From Thermoanaerobacter sp. A7A (lineage in GTDB: Bacteria > Bacillota > Thermoanaerobacteria > Thermoanaerobacterales > Thermoanaerobacteraceae), in the NCBI RefSeq assembly GCF_000445185.1, contig NZ_AVAF01000093.1, positions 33,357 to 97,356 on the forward strand: 64,000 bases of DNA, read 5' to 3'. A model generated the notes under the pieces. The model saw only the letters and a program-made list of their open reading frames with translations, had not been told where the DNA came from and made no database searches. The translations under genes were made by a program, and so were the position numbers. Shown piece by piece: positions 1 to 10,906 of the stretch. Position 1 is the stretch's first letter. Every line of letters begins with the position of its first letter.

Positions 1-93
1 TCCTGGCTTAACATGCATAAAATCCACAACTGTAAAAACCTGTCCGTCAACCTCAATAGTTACTCCTTTTCTGAAATCACCTGCTGCTATCAA
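1..93 (-). CDS. efp: Elongation factor P, 5' part (runs off the window)
   Basis: Manual translation from TTG at 93: [31 protein letters not shown]; GGAGG RBS upstream; aroQ-pepP-efp order as in Bacillus. Confidence 0.95.
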   Translation of the reverse strand, partial: MIAAGDFRKGVTIEVDGQVFTVVDFMHVKPG

Positions 94-111
94 AAAAATC
101 CCTCCATCGCT

Positions 112-1191
112 TTAGTTTAATTCAATTAAATATTTCGATGATTTAGTTAAATTTATAACACCATCTTCTTTTAATAATACCATATCTTCGATTCTTACGC
201 CACCAAAATCGGGAATATATATACCTGGTTCTACAGTAACAATTGCTCCTTCTTTTAAAATTTCTTCTTTTTTGAAAGACAAGCTTGGCGCCTCATGAAC
301 TTCAAGCCCTACTCCATGTCCTAAAGAGTGACTAAAATACTTACCATAACCTTTTTCTTCAATGACAAACCTTGCTAACAAATCCGCCTCTTTTGAGGTA
401 AGTCCTGCCTTTAAATTAGCTATCGCTTTTTGCTGTGCTTCTAAAACTATGTTATATATCTCTTTTTGCTTTTCATTAGCTTTTCCCATCACTATCGTTC
501 TTGTCATATCAGAACAATAACCATTTACTTTACATCCAAAATCTATTGTGACAAAATCACCTTTTTCTATCACTTTTTCAGAGGCTTTTCCATGAGGGAG
601 AGAGGACCTTTTACCTGATGCTACAATCGTATCAAAAGATAGGTCTTCTGCTCCTTGTTTCTTCATAAAATACTCTAATTCTAATGCTACTTCTTTTTCT
701 GTCATTCCTACTTTAATGAAATTTAACAAATACTCAAAAGCCTTATCAGTAATATTTTGTGCTTTTTTTATGTTTTCTATTTCTTCCTCATCTTTTACCA
801 TTCTCAAAGTCTCTACCAAATTAGCCTGTGGTATTAGCTCAATCTCTAAAAACTCTTTTAATTCCCTATACTGTCCATAAGAAATACTTTCTTCAAAGGC
901 TAATTTTTTTATCCCCAATGTTTTAATGTATTCTTTTAAAACTTCTTTTATGCCAGTTTTGTGCTCGATAACTTCAAAATCTTTAACTTCCTTTTGAGCT
1001 TGCTCAGTATATCTTCCATCTGTAATAAAAATAGCTTTATCGTGGGTCACAAGAGCTACGCTGTCATCTCCAGTAAAGCCAGTAATATATGTAACATTGA
1101 CAAATTTGTAAATCACAAAAGCCTCTATATCTCTTTTCTTCATCAAATTTCTCAAATTTTGTAATCTTTTATTCATGAATTTACCCCCCAA
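112..1191 (-). CDS. Xaa-Pro aminopeptidase (M24, YqhT/PapA-like); probable start ~1176
   Basis: DGRY N-domain, [30 protein letters not shown] motifs. Confidence 0.93.
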
Positions 1192-1627
1192 TTGAATCCT
1201 CTAAAAGCTTAACTGCATTGAGGGCAAGGACATAACTATAAGGTCCAAACCCCGTTATCACACCTTTGCATTTAGATGCAGTAACAGAGGTCTTTCTGTA
1301 ATCCTCCCTTCCAAAAATATTTGAAATATGAACTTCTATTACTGGAACTGACACAGCTGCAATAGCATCCATAATAGCTAAACTGTAATGAGTGTAAGCT
1401 GCAGGATTTATAATTATAGCATCGAAATTGTTTTCTGCAGAATGAATAAGATTAATTATTTCTCCTTCACTATTAGATTGCTGAATCTTGACAGCTATAT
1501 CTAATTTTGCAGCCTCTCTTTTTATCAGATTATTTATTTCTTCGTAATTTATATCTCCATATACCTCTTTTTCTCTTTTACCTGTCAGATTTACATTAGG
1601 GCCATGAATTATCAAAACTCTTTTCAT
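1181..1627 (-). CDS. aroQ: Type II 3-dehydroquinate dehydratase
   Basis: [30 protein letters not shown] motifs. Confidence 0.95.
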
Positions 1628-1656
1628 AATCTCACCTCACTTTACTATAATACACC

Positions 1657-2919
1657 TTATTTCCTTATTTGTCCACTACCTAAAATTACATATTTGTAGG
1701 TGGTAAGCTCCTCAAGTCCCATTGGCCCTCTCGCATGCATTTTTTGTGTACTTATTCCTATCTCTGCCCCAAAACCAAATTCTCCTCCATCTGTAAAGCG
1801 AGTAGAAGCATTTACATACACAGCAGCCGAATCTACAGATTTTAAAAACATCATGGCATTTTCATAATTTTCTGTAATAATGCTTTCAGAATGGCCTGTG
1901 GAATACTTTGAAATATGATCTAAGGCTTCTTCTATGCCATCTACAACTTTTACAGCCAGTATAAGGTCTAAATATTCCGTTTCCCAATCCTTATCTGTAG
2001 CCTCTTTAACTTGAGGACATATTTCTTTTGTAATTTGACACCCTCTTATTTCTACTCCCAAAGAAGTCAATTCTTCTACCATTAAAGGCAAAAACTCTTT
2101 TGCAATAGATTTGTGAACTAAAACTGTCTCTACTGCATTACATACCCCTGGCCTTTGAACTTTTGCATTCACAATGATGTCTTTTGCTATATTAAACTTA
2201 GCTGTTTCATCAACAAAAATATGACAATTGCCTACTCCTGTCTCTATTACAGGCACTGTAGAATTTTCAATGACATTTTTTATAAGACTGGCTCCACCTC
2301 GAGGAATAATGAGGTCAATTAGACCGTTTAACTTCATCATACGGTTTACTTCTTCTCTATCAGTATTTTCTATAAGCTGTATTGCCCCTTCAGGAATACC
2401 AGCCTCATAGGCAGCTTCAGCAAGAATAGAAGAAATTGCTATATTGGAATTGATCGCATCACTTCCTCCCCTTAAAATCACAGCATTTCCCGATTTCAAA
2501 CATAGGCCTGCCGCATCAGCTGTCACATTCGGGCGAGATTCATAAATTATACCTATTACTCCAATTGGCACTCTCATTTTGCCAATTTGAAGTCCATTTG
2601 GTCTTTTCCACATCTTTTCTATACTTCCTACAGGGTCAGGAAGAGCAGAAATCTCTCTTAATCCTTTTGCCATAGCTTCGACTCTTTTTTCATCAAGTTT
2701 TAGTCTATCAATAAGAGAAGCTTTTATATTCCTTTTTTCAGCCTCCACAACATCCTTTTTATTAGCCTCAAGTATTTTTCCCATATCTTTTATTAAAGCA
2801 TCTGCCATGTGATTCAAAGCTAAATTCTTTGTATTTTCATCTAACACAGCCATTCTTCTGGCCGCAGCTTTTGCCTGTTTTGCCTTTACTTCAACTTCCA
2901 AACTTCTCACCTCTTTCAA
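1657..2919 (-). CDS. proA: Gamma-glutamyl phosphate reductase
   Basis: [49 protein letters not shown]. Confidence 0.97.
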   Translation of the reverse strand: MKEVRSLEVEVKAKQAKAAARRMAVLDENTKNLALNHMADALIKDMGKILEANKKDVVEAEKRNIKASLIDRLKLDEKRVEAMAKGLREISALPDPVGSIEKMWKRPNGLQIGKMRVPIGVIGIIYESRPNVTADAAGLCLKSGNAVILRGGSDAINSNIAISSILAEAAYEAGIPEGAIQLIENTDREEVNRMMKLNGLIDLIIPRGGASLIKNVIENSTVPVIETGVGNCHIFVDETAKFNIAKDIIVNAKVQRPGVCNAVETVLVHKSIAKEFLPLMVEELTSLGVEIRGCQITKEICPQVKEATDKDWETEYLDLILAVKVVDGIEEALDHISKYSTGHSESIITENYENAMMFLKSVDSAAVYVNASTRFTDGGEFGFGAEIGISTQKMHARGPMGLEELTTYKYVILGSGQIRK

Positions 2920-4009
2920 GTATTACGAGATTATCCCTATGAATCACTTCATCATAATACTTATAACCTAGTATTTTTTCTATATTATGAGTTTTACAAC
3001 CTTTTATCTTTTCAACTTCTTCTGAAGAATAATTAATAAGTCCTCTGGCAATCTCTTTTTCTTGATGGTCAACTACTGCAACACAGTCTCCTACATCATA
3101 ATCTCCTTCAGTTTTTACAACTCCACTTGGTAATAGACTTTTCCCATGCTTTATAATAGCTTTCGCTGCTCCTTCATCAATAAAAAGTCTTCCGCTCACT
3201 TTCGCATTAAAAGCAATCCAAACTTTCCTGCTACTTATTGGCTTTTTCATAGGCAAAAATGTAGTGCCAATTTTTTCGCCATTTGCTATCCGATTTAATA
3301 CATTGTCAATTTTCCCATTCGCTATAATCATCTTAACTCCTGAATTCCAACATATCTTTGCTGCCTGAATCTTTGTATACATTCCCCCAGTTCCTCTTTT
3401 TGTCCCAGCACTACCAGCAATTTTAAACAATTCATCTGAAAACTCTTCTACGACTTCTATAATTTTTGCCTCTTTATAAATTCGAGGGTCTTTATCATAA
3501 AGCCCATCAATGTCAGTTAAAATTATTAAAATATCAGCCTCAACTAAACTAGCAAGCAGCGCCGCTAAAGTGTCATTGTCTCCAATTTTAATTTCATCAA
3601 CAGTTACTGTATCATTTTCATTTATTATTGGCACAACACCCCATTTGAGCAGGTTTGACAAGGTATAACTGACATTTAAATATCTTCTTCTATCGCTAAA
3701 ATCTTCCTTAGTCAAAAGAACTTGCGCAGTAATTTTGCCATATTCATTAAAAAACTTTTCATAAATTTCAATTAAAAGCCCTTGCCCTATAGCCGCTAAG
3801 GATTGCTTTTCTGGGATGGTTTTAGGTTTTTCCTTTAAATTTAATTTTCCCATTCCCGCCCCAATTGCCCCAGAAGTTACTAATACTACTTCCTCTCCTC
3901 TGTTTAATAAATTAGCAATTTGCCTTACTAACTTCTCCATTATTTCTAAATTCAATTTACCATTTTCATATGTCAAAGTGCTTGTACCAACTTTTACTAC
4001 AATTCTCAT
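2891..4009 (-). CDS. proB: Glutamate 5-kinase with PUA domain
   Basis: [30 protein letters not shown]-terminal PUA. Confidence 0.97.
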   Translation of the reverse strand: MRIVVKVGTSTLTYENGKLNLEIMEKLVRQIANLLNRGEEVVLVTSGAIGAGMGKLNLKEKPKTIPEKQSLAAIGQGLLIEIYEKFFNEYGKITAQVLLTKEDFSDRRRYLNVSYTLSNLLKWGVVPIINENDTVTVDEIKIGDNDTLAALLASLVEADILIILTDIDGLYDKDPRIYKEAKIIEVVEEFSDELFKIAGSAGTKRGTGGMYTKIQAAKICWNSGVKMIIANGKIDNVLNRIANGEKIGTTFLPMKKPISSRKVWIAFNAKVSGRLFIDEGAAKAIIKHGKSLLPSGVVKTEGDYDVGDCVAVVDHQEKEIARGLINYSSEEVEKIKGCKTHNIEKILGYKYYDEVIHRDNLVILERGEKFGS

Positions 4010-4884
4010 ACTTTCGACATCCTTTTTGCAATATTTAGATATATCTCTTTTAGTTTTAAAGCATCTTCTGCCATAGTTCCTCTCGATTCACATATGACAA
4101 TAGGCTCCATCTTTCTTTCATAGAAAAGCTGTGCCAAAGGCTCAAATTCTGGCCCGTATTGAGTGTCTTTCAGTGTCCAATGCCTTTTTTCTCCCTGATC
4201 TGTGTATTCAATTCTACTAAAATGGACGTGTATCTTTTTCGCCCTTTCTTTTCCCAAATACCTTTCAATAATATCCAAAACCTCTGCATAATCTTCTATA
4301 GACTTAAACCTTCCATTATCTCTTGCATGTAAATGGGCAAAGTCTATAGTGGGAATAATTCTCTTATCCACATTGCACAGCTCCAATACTTCTTCTAAAG
4401 TACCCAATTGGTTTTTCTTTCCCATTGTCTCTGGACATAGGGTTATGTCAGTAAGTCCTTTGTCCTCTATCTCTTTTAAAATTTCCTTTAAAAGTTTTTT
4501 TGCTCTCTCTAAAGCCTCTTTTCTCGTCCCTTCTGCTCCCGAACCAGGATGAAAAGTTACCCTTTTAGCCCCCATCCATTTTCCTGCAATTAAACTATCT
4601 ATTAAGTATCTCTTGGAATTCTCCATTTTGGTTTTATCCGTAGTAGCTAAGTTTATGTAATAAGGAGCATGAACAGTAATAGTTATGTTGAATTTTTGTG
4701 CCCCTTCCTTAAGCTCCTTAGCCATCTTTTCGCTAATTTTTATTCCCCTTGAAAAAGAATATTCATACGCATCAAGCCCCATGTTATGGAGCCATTCAGG
4801 CATTTCTAAAGAAGATTTATGCCCTTCTTTGTAGAAACTATCAGAATTCCCAGATGGTCCAAATTTTATAGCCAATCCTCTCAT
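4006..4884 (-). CDS. Endonuclease IV-like TIM-barrel protein (AP endonuclease family 2)
   Basis: [29 protein letters not shown] metal-ligand pattern. Confidence 0.8.
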
Positions 4885-5396
4885 CCTTTCTTAAGTCTAA
4901 TGTAAGCCTTTATAACTTCCTCTGCTACTTCATCTATTGTCATATCGGATACATCAATAGTATAGTCGGCAAACCTATAAAAAGGCTCTCTTTCTTTTAG
5001 AAGCTGTCTTATTTTCTCTTCTGGATTATCCACCATAAGAAGAGGCCTGTCTTTATTCTTTCCTATATTCCTCAATATAATTTCTGGCCTGGCTACAAAG
5101 CAAATGACTACACCATTTTTTCTTAATTGTACAATATTTGAGGGGTTTAATACAACTCCCCCTCCTGTAGCTATGACAAAATTTTTTAATCGGGCTGCTT
5201 TTTTAACCGCTGCTTTTTCTAATTTTCTAAAATAATTTTCTCCATATTTTTCAAAAATATCTGAAACAGTCATATTTGCCATTTTTTCAATCATTTTATC
5301 CGTATCTATAAAACCAAAGGACATGGTGGTAGCTACTTTTTTGCCAACAGTAGTTTTCCCGGTAGCCATAAAACCCGTTAAAACGATGTTTTTCAT
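4881..5396 (-). CDS. aroK: Shikimate kinase
   Basis: [12 protein letters not shown]-loop, DTD, IATGGG, RPLL. Confidence 0.95.
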
Positions 5397-5493
5397 GAAT
5401 ATTTCCTCCCTAAGGCAATGAAGGTATTTTCTCTTTCAAAACTTTTTCTATAGTATCATTTATTATTTTATTTACATCTATATTCTGAAGATT

Positions 5494-6174
5494 TTAAGGA
5501 GATTGAGAAGCAGAAGGCTGGTCTACATTATTTGATTGTTCACTTCTGGTATCATCATACAGAGACTTGAAAGGGTTACTTTTACCTTTTAAAAAATCTA
5601 TCGGTATTGAAGTACCACCACTGTCTTTCATTGAATAAATAAAAATCTGTAGAGTCAAAAGAAGGTTTTGCTGATTTTGGTCTTTTTCAATAGAGAAACT
5701 TTGAATGTTACAAAGTCTCTTAGAATTTTGTATTTCCTTTAGAAAAGCTATAATCTCATCGTAATTACCTGAAACAGTAATATTTACGGGTATTGTCACA
5801 AAATCTTCTTTTTTCACATTACTAGTTTCTTTTTGACTTTGATCTTGGTTTTCAAAAGTTAAGCTTTTTGTCTTTACACCTGTATCATTGACCATTTGTT
5901 GTAAATTAAAAAGAAAAATTTCTATATCCCTTTCTTCTGGTAAAATCATGCTTAATTCCTTTAGTTGAGTTTGTTGCTTGTCTAAACCTTCTCTTGAATT
6001 TTTATTGTTTAAAGCAGTTACTTGTTCTAAAATTTGTCTTTTATTTTTTAATTCAATAGATAAATTTCGTATTTCTAAAATTTTGGGAGTTAAATAATAT
6101 TGATAATAAAGTGCAAAAAATCCGAGTATGACAGCAAAGTAAATTAATACTCTTTCTCTTCTTGTAAGCTTCAT
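5494..6174 (-). CDS. pilO: Type IV pilus assembly protein PilO; the frame stays open past the TAA to 5410
   Basis: N-terminal TM, coiled coil, LP...IE.FL, TVSGNYDEIIAFL; follows pilM and pilN. Confidence 0.8.
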   Translation of the reverse strand: MKLTRRERVLIYFAVILGFFALYYQYYLTPKILEIRNLSIELKNKRQILEQVTALNNKNSREGLDKQQTQLKELSMILPEERDIEIFLFNLQQMVNDTGVKTKSLTFENQDQSQKETSNVKKEDFVTIPVNITVSGNYDEIIAFLKEIQNSKRLCNIQSFSIEKDQNQQNLLLTLQIFIYSMKDSGGTSIPIDFLKGKSNPFKSLYDDTRSEQSNNVDQPSASQSP

Positions 6175-6708
6175 CTATGATACCACCTTGATTTTTACTT
6201 GTAAAACATATTTTAGAAGGCCTTTATCTGTCAAATCCACCGATATCACTTTCACATCTTCTACATAACTTATACTTCTTAGGTTAAGCATAAAAGCTGC
6301 TATATCAGATTCTGAAAGTGCTTGTCCATCTATTTCCAAAATATTTTTCTCATATTTCAAAGAATCAATAGATACTTTTTCAGGTATATTTGAGGCTAAA
6401 TCTTCTAATATATTTACCGCATCCAGCTTTTGGCTTTGCAATTTTTCTATTAAGCTTTTCTTCTTTTCTATATAAGCGGATAAATCTTTTACATTTTGCT
6501 GCAACTGAGAAATGTCTTTAAATTTACCTAATTCATTATCTGCGTATTTTAAGTCTTGATACAATTTATTGATATATACCAGTGGAAAAGCTATTAAGGC
6601 AAAAATAACGGTGGTTAAAACAAACACAAAAAAAAGACGGGATATTTGTTTTTTTCTTCGCATTTTTTGTTCCTTTAGTTCAGCTGGTATGAGGTTTATA
6701 TCCTTCAA
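6175..6708 (-). CDS. pilN: Type IV pilus assembly protein PilN
   Basis: INLIP motif, TM segment, position after pilM. Confidence 0.85.
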   Translation of the reverse strand: MKDINLIPAELKEQKMRRKKQISRLFFVFVLTTVIFALIAFPLVYINKLYQDLKYADNELGKFKDISQLQQNVKDLSAYIEKKKSLIEKLQSQKLDAVNILEDLASNIPEKVSIDSLKYEKNILEIDGQALSESDIAAFMLNLRSISYVEDVKVISVDLTDKGLLKYVLQVKIKVVS

Positions 6709-6709
6709 C

Positions 6710-7669
6710 CTATTCCCCCCTTAAAAGGCATCCATAAACAGGTAAAAAGTATAAATAATCTTCTGCTTCTGTCACAAAAGTAGGTATCCTAAAATAATCT
6801 TCCACGTATTCTCTCAATCCTAAAAGTTTAGAAGTACCACCTAACATGATAATTTTTTGTATATTTTTATGATATGTGGCATAATAAAAATCAAATATTC
6901 TGCTTAGCTGTTGAAACACTTCCGAAAAGGATAAAAGTATAGTATCTTCTATATCCTTATAGTTTTCTTCTCCAATAAATTTTTTTGCCCTTTTATATTC
7001 TTCTGCTGCTTGAAAATCTATATTAAAGGCATTCGCAATTATTTGTGTAATTTTATTTCCACCAAACTCTATGCTCCTACTAAAAATGTAATTTCCGTTA
7101 TCAATCACCGTCACATTGGTAACAACTGCCCCTATATCTACAATTGACACTATTCCTTCAGCTAAATTCACCTTTTTACAAGCTTTATAAATTGAATTGC
7201 TATAAATATCAATGGCTTCTAATTTTAATTTTAACATCTCTGCTAATTTAACATATTTTTCTATTATATCCTTAGGAGAAGAGGCAATCAGTACTCTAAT
7301 CATTTTATCTTTCTCCGCAATATTAGGTAAATATCTATAATCTATTACATAATTTTCATAATCAGGAATGTATTGCTCAATCTCATAGTATAAGGCCTTT
7401 TCGACTTCCTCTTCTTTCATTAGTGGCAATTCTAAATCCCTTATTATATTATTTGAGCTGGAAATAGTAAAACACACTTGTTTTTCTTTGATATTGTTCC
7501 TTTTCAAAGTCTCATTAATTACATCTGCCAATGAATTTATATCAATAATTTTACCATTAGTTATCACATTAGAAGGCGTATTTATCATTAACCTTTTACC
7601 AAAGAATTTATTCTTTTTTTCTCCAATTAATAATTTTGTATTAAAATTTCCTATTTCAATTCCAAGCAT
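6710..7669 (-). CDS. pilM: Type IV pilus assembly protein PilM (FtsA/actin-like)
   Basis: LGIEIG, VDIGA..T, FGGNKIT, LGGTSKLLGL. Confidence 0.9.
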   Translation of the reverse strand: MLGIEIGNFNTKLLIGEKKNKFFGKRLMINTPSNVITNGKIIDINSLADVINETLKRNNIKEKQVCFTISSSNNIIRDLELPLMKEEEVEKALYYEIEQYIPDYENYVIDYRYLPNIAEKDKMIRVLIASSPKDIIEKYVKLAEMLKLKLEAIDIYSNSIYKACKKVNLAEGIVSIVDIGAVVTNVTVIDNGNYIFSRSIEFGGNKITQIIANAFNIDFQAAEEYKRAKKFIGEENYKDIEDTILLSFSEVFQQLSRIFDFYYATYHKNIQKIIMLGGTSKLLGLREYVEDYFRIPTFVTEAEDYLYFLPVYGCLLRGE

Positions 7670-7679
7670 TTTTTACCTC

Positions 7680-7940
7680 CTAATGGCGCTTATTGTTATT
7701 CACTTTAATAGCAGCCATTGTTATAGCTTTTATTATGTCTACCTCAAATTGCCTGACTAACTCATTTGTCTTTACATATAGTTCTCCTTCTTCTGATACA
7801 ACATATTTTGGAGGTAAATTGTTAAGTGCTAAAGCTTTTATGTCCATTCTACACCTGTCGCATTTACAAACGTCTAAATCTTTCAAAACCTTATCCATCA
7901 TTTGGTCAACAGCGTCTTCCATGTAATTTTTAAGATGCAT
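7680..7940 (-). CDS. comFB: ComFB-family protein (start at MHLKNY)
   Basis: KNYME, CKCDRC..D..ALALNNLPPKY signature; AAGGAGAGG RBS before ATG 7940. Confidence 0.88.
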   Translation of the reverse strand: MHLKNYMEDAVDQMMDKVLKDLDVCKCDRCRMDIKALALNNLPPKYVVSEEGELYVKTNELVRQFEVDIIKAITMAAIKVNNNKRH

Positions 7941-7959
7941 AAAAACCCTCTCCTTATTT

Positions 7960-8619
7960 TTATTGTGTTTGTGGAATTGAATCAATTATCCACTTATCTA
8001 CTATAGGTGGAGACTGTGATGCATTACCACTAAGAATCACCTTATAATTCGCACTCTTATCATCACCCATCTTCGTAATATTTACATTAATATTAAATGT
8101 AATCTCCGCATAACCGTAACGTACGATTTTGTTCATCCTACCTTCCGTCCATGCACGTACTTTATAGGTTAAAACTTGAGTTCCTTCATTTTCAAAAGCT
8201 TTAATTGAAGGAGGAACCATTTCTATACTGTCAATTTTATACTCTTGTCCTGAATCACCCAGTGAAATCCACTCCCCTACTGGGATGTCAAGTCCAAATG
8301 ACTCCTTTAATAAATTTTTGGCATCTTGTTTATACTGAATTTTAGTTGTATTTTTATTTTCAACTACATTTATCCAAAATTTACCTTTCCCTTTTCCTTT
8401 ACCTTTCCCTTGATAAGCATCTAATAAAGCTATGTTAAATTCATTTTTTACTCGTTCAAGGCCAGCTTCTGCTGCATAAGTGGCTGATATAGAATTTGCA
8501 TAAGCATGAGAAATTTTGTAATTGGTAATAGTTACTTCTAAGATTGCTACAGCTAAAACTGTGAGAATCAAAATTACCATTAAAGTAAAAATTAAGGCAG
8601 AACCTCTCTCATCGAACAT
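7960..8619 (-). CDS. PilX-like minor pilin
   Basis: ERG|SALIFTLMVI N-terminus and A.YAAEAGLE motif. Confidence 0.75.
   Translation of the reverse strand: MFDERGSALIFTLMVILILTVLAVAILEVTITNYKISHAYANSISATYAAEAGLERVKNEFNIALLDAYQGKGKGKGKGKFWINVVENKNTTKIQYKQDAKNLLKESFGLDIPVGEWISLGDSGQEYKIDSIEMVPPSIKAFENEGTQVLTYKVRAWTEGRMNKIVRYGYAEITFNINVNITKMGDDKSANYKVILSGNASQSPPIVDKWIIDSIPQTQ
8380..8409 (-). repeat. (Gly-Lys)5 low-complexity repeat in the PilX-like gene
   Basis: GGG AAA GGT AAA GGA AAA GGG AAA GGT AAA; 12-mer repeated at an 18-nt period. Confidence 0.9.
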
Positions 8620-9118
8620 TTATATCACTCTTTCTTAAAAAAACGTCTGTAGAAAGAGAAAATCTGTTTGATCCATTACCATCACTTTGTCCAATTATTT
8701 GGATATTTATCATGTTGTTAGGTTTTTTAGTCACCTTAAAATCATAAATATTGACAGCTAATTGAAGCTTACTACCTCTACTGTCCGTGTCAGATTCTTT
8801 GATATGGGTATAAAGAATAAGATTTTCTAGCGTTATTGTATAATCACGATACCCTCTATCTGTTAATACTTTTTTTATCGATAGACCACAGCCATTATTA
8901 ATAATCTCGACTTTAGAAGGCCCTTTTTCTAATAAAGATACAATATAATTCATAGCAAACCTAACATTTTGTTCCACGTCTACGCTATTTTGTGTACTTG
9001 AAAATGACTTGTACCCCGAATAATATAAAGATGAATAAACCCCTATCACAATCCCCAATATTGCCAGTGTCACAATAAGTTCAATGAGGGTAAAACCCTC
9101 TTCTTTTCTCACCACCAT
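8609..9118 (-). CDS. Minor pilin (PilW-like), probable start MVVRKEEG
   Basis: EEG|FTLIELIV prepilin cleavage motif with E5. Confidence 0.85.
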   Translation of the reverse strand: MVVRKEEGFTLIELIVTLAILGIVIGVYSSLYYSGYKSFSSTQNSVDVEQNVRFAMNYIVSLLEKGPSKVEIINNGCGLSIKKVLTDRGYRDYTITLENLILYTHIKESDTDSRGSKLQLAVNIYDFKVTKKPNNMINIQIIGQSDGNGSNRFSLSTDVFLRKSDINVR

Positions 9119-9201
9119 TTTAACCACCATAGCCAAAATTTTTGTTTTGGTAATCTCATTCCAGCCCAATGTAGCTACCACAAAACCTAAAAATAAAGTA
9201 G

Positions 9202-9594
9202 TCAAGGCATTTCTAGAGTAGCATAAGAAGTTATATTTGTTCTAGGCGCCACAACATAAAGGGTATACATAGGAGTGTTTGAACCAATTTTCCCTACTTT
9301 GATCTGATATTGAGAGAGTTCTCCTGTAGAAGTTTGCTGTTCAACATAGGCTATAAAACCTTCCTCTTTATACTTAGTTATTATTTCATCAAGGTTTGAT
9401 ACATTTCCCGCTTTTATGTTTTCTGCAATTGTCTGCGCAATAGTAGCTTCTTTTGTCCTTATCCTAGAATCAGCAGAAGTAATAACAGATTGACTAAAAA
9501 TACCTAAAAGAGGTATTGCCACTATTGCAAACATAGCTATTGAGACAAGAACCTCTATTAAAGTCATGCCTCTATTATCTTTTAAAATCTTCAT
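9202..9594 (-). CDS. Minor pilin (PilV-like), probable start MKILKDNRG
   Basis: NRG|MTLIEVL motif; AGGAGTGA RBS. Confidence 0.85.
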   Translation of the reverse strand: MKILKDNRGMTLIEVLVSIAMFAIVAIPLLGIFSQSVITSADSRIRTKEATIAQTIAENIKAGNVSNLDEIITKYKEEGFIAYVEQQTSTGELSQYQIKVGKIGSNTPMYTLYVVAPRTNITSYATLEMP

Positions 9595-9604
9595 AAAATC
9601 ACTC

Positions 9605-10063
9605 CTAATAGTTCCTCCCACTTATCATAATGCGCCCTGTTACCACTGCCACACTTATGTAAATTTCGCTTCCTTTATCATTTTTTAAAGTTATTGTACA
9701 AGCTCCAATAGGAGTTCCCATCTGATTAAAGTATATTTCTACTTTTCCGCCATCTTTTTTACTTATTTTAATTCCCTCAGGTAAATTTTTTATCTTAATA
9801 TTTTCATTGTCATCTTTTCTCTTTATGTAATACCTCGTCTTAGTGTCATCGCTTTCAAAACGTAAAATTTCTCCTTCAAAAATACTTTTTTGCTGTATGT
9901 ACCTTAAGTCATTTACAACCTCACGTGCAATAAGAGTAAGCCTTATATTTGACCTTGTCGTATCAAAAAAGTCAGTCGAAGGAATGACTATAAGAACTAT
10001 AATGGACAAGATAGCCAAAACTGTTACCAGCTCTATTAAAGTTAATCCTTCTTCCTTTTTCAT
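9605..10063 (-). CDS. Minor pilin (FimT/GspH-like)
   Basis: EEG|LTLIELV motif; C-terminal FNQMG.P...TGRI. Confidence 0.85.
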   Translation of the reverse strand: MKKEEGLTLIELVTVLAILSIIVLIVIPSTDFFDTTRSNIRLTLIAREVVNDLRYIQQKSIFEGEILRFESDDTKTRYYIKRKDDNENIKIKNLPEGIKISKKDGGKVEIYFNQMGTPIGACTITLKNDKGSEIYISVAVVTGRIMISGRNY

Positions 10064-10067
10064 AAGC

Positions 10068-10826
10068 TTAGCCTCTTATAAATTTTATATAATAATTTAA
10101 CATCTCATAGCCATACAAAATCGAGATGAGCCATGCAATGGAAATGTAGGGTGCAAAAGGAATGTAATCTTTTCTTCCTTTAATTTTCAAAGCTACTAAT
10201 ATAACGCCACCCAATGCTCCAATGATTACAGAAAGAAAAAGTACTAAAATTGTAAGCTTCCACCCTATAAAAAATCCAATTAAGGCCATAAGTTTTATGT
10301 CTCCTCCTCCCATCTCTCCTCCTGAAATTAAGGAGATGAGAAGGAGAATACCCCCACCCAAGACCAATCCCATTATGTAATCTATAAAGCCATAATTGTA
10401 CATCAAAACTCTAAATATTATTCCACCTATAAAGCCTACTAAAATGATTTTATTTGGCACAATCCTGTGTTCTATATCAATAAAACTTACAGCTATCAAA
10501 ATAGAAGCCAAAAACATGTAAGAAAAAGCTTTAAAATCTAAACCGAATTTATAGTAAATTATCAAAAACACAATTCCTGTCAATAGTTCCACAATAGGGT
10601 ACCTTATTGAAATCTTTTCTCCACAATACCTACATCTTCCTTTAAGTAGAATATAACTCAATATAGGTATTAAATCAATAGTTTTTAATTCATGTTCACA
10701 TATAGGACAATGAGAAGGGGGATAGACTATTGATTCTTTTCTTGGCACTCTGTGTATGACCACATTTAAAAAACTTCCTATAATTGTGCCGAATAAAAAT
10801 ATGAATATGTAAAGTAGTATTTCCAT
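10068..10826 (-). CDS. pilD: Prepilin peptidase
   Basis: GSFLNVVIHRVP, PPSHC..C, RCRYC, D..H, GGGD.KL, IPFAP. Confidence 0.95.
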   Translation of the reverse strand: MEILLYIFIFLFGTIIGSFLNVVIHRVPRKESIVYPPSHCPICEHELKTIDLIPILSYILLKGRCRYCGEKISIRYPIVELLTGIVFLIIYYKFGLDFKAFSYMFLASILIAVSFIDIEHRIVPNKIILVGFIGGIIFRVLMYNYGFIDYIMGLVLGGGILLLISLISGGEMGGGDIKLMALIGFFIGWKLTILVLFLSVIIGALGGVILVALKIKGRKDYIPFAPYISIAWLISILYGYEMLNYYIKFIRG

Positions 10827-10853
10827 AATGACCTCCTAAAAAAATAATAGGGA

Positions 10854-10871
10854 GGGCACAAAAATGTGCCC
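10854..10871 (-). terminator. Hairpin after the major pilin gene
   Basis: GGGCACA-TTTT-TGTGCCC with a T-rich tract a few nt downstream. Confidence 0.6.
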
Positions 10872-10906
10872 GTTAATATTCATTAAACACCTTTTATTTT
10901 AATATT

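Noticed and set aside
9190-9204. Selenocysteine read-through at the PilV TGA
   Set aside because: An in-frame TAG follows four codons later, there is no SECIS-like hairpin and no redox motif
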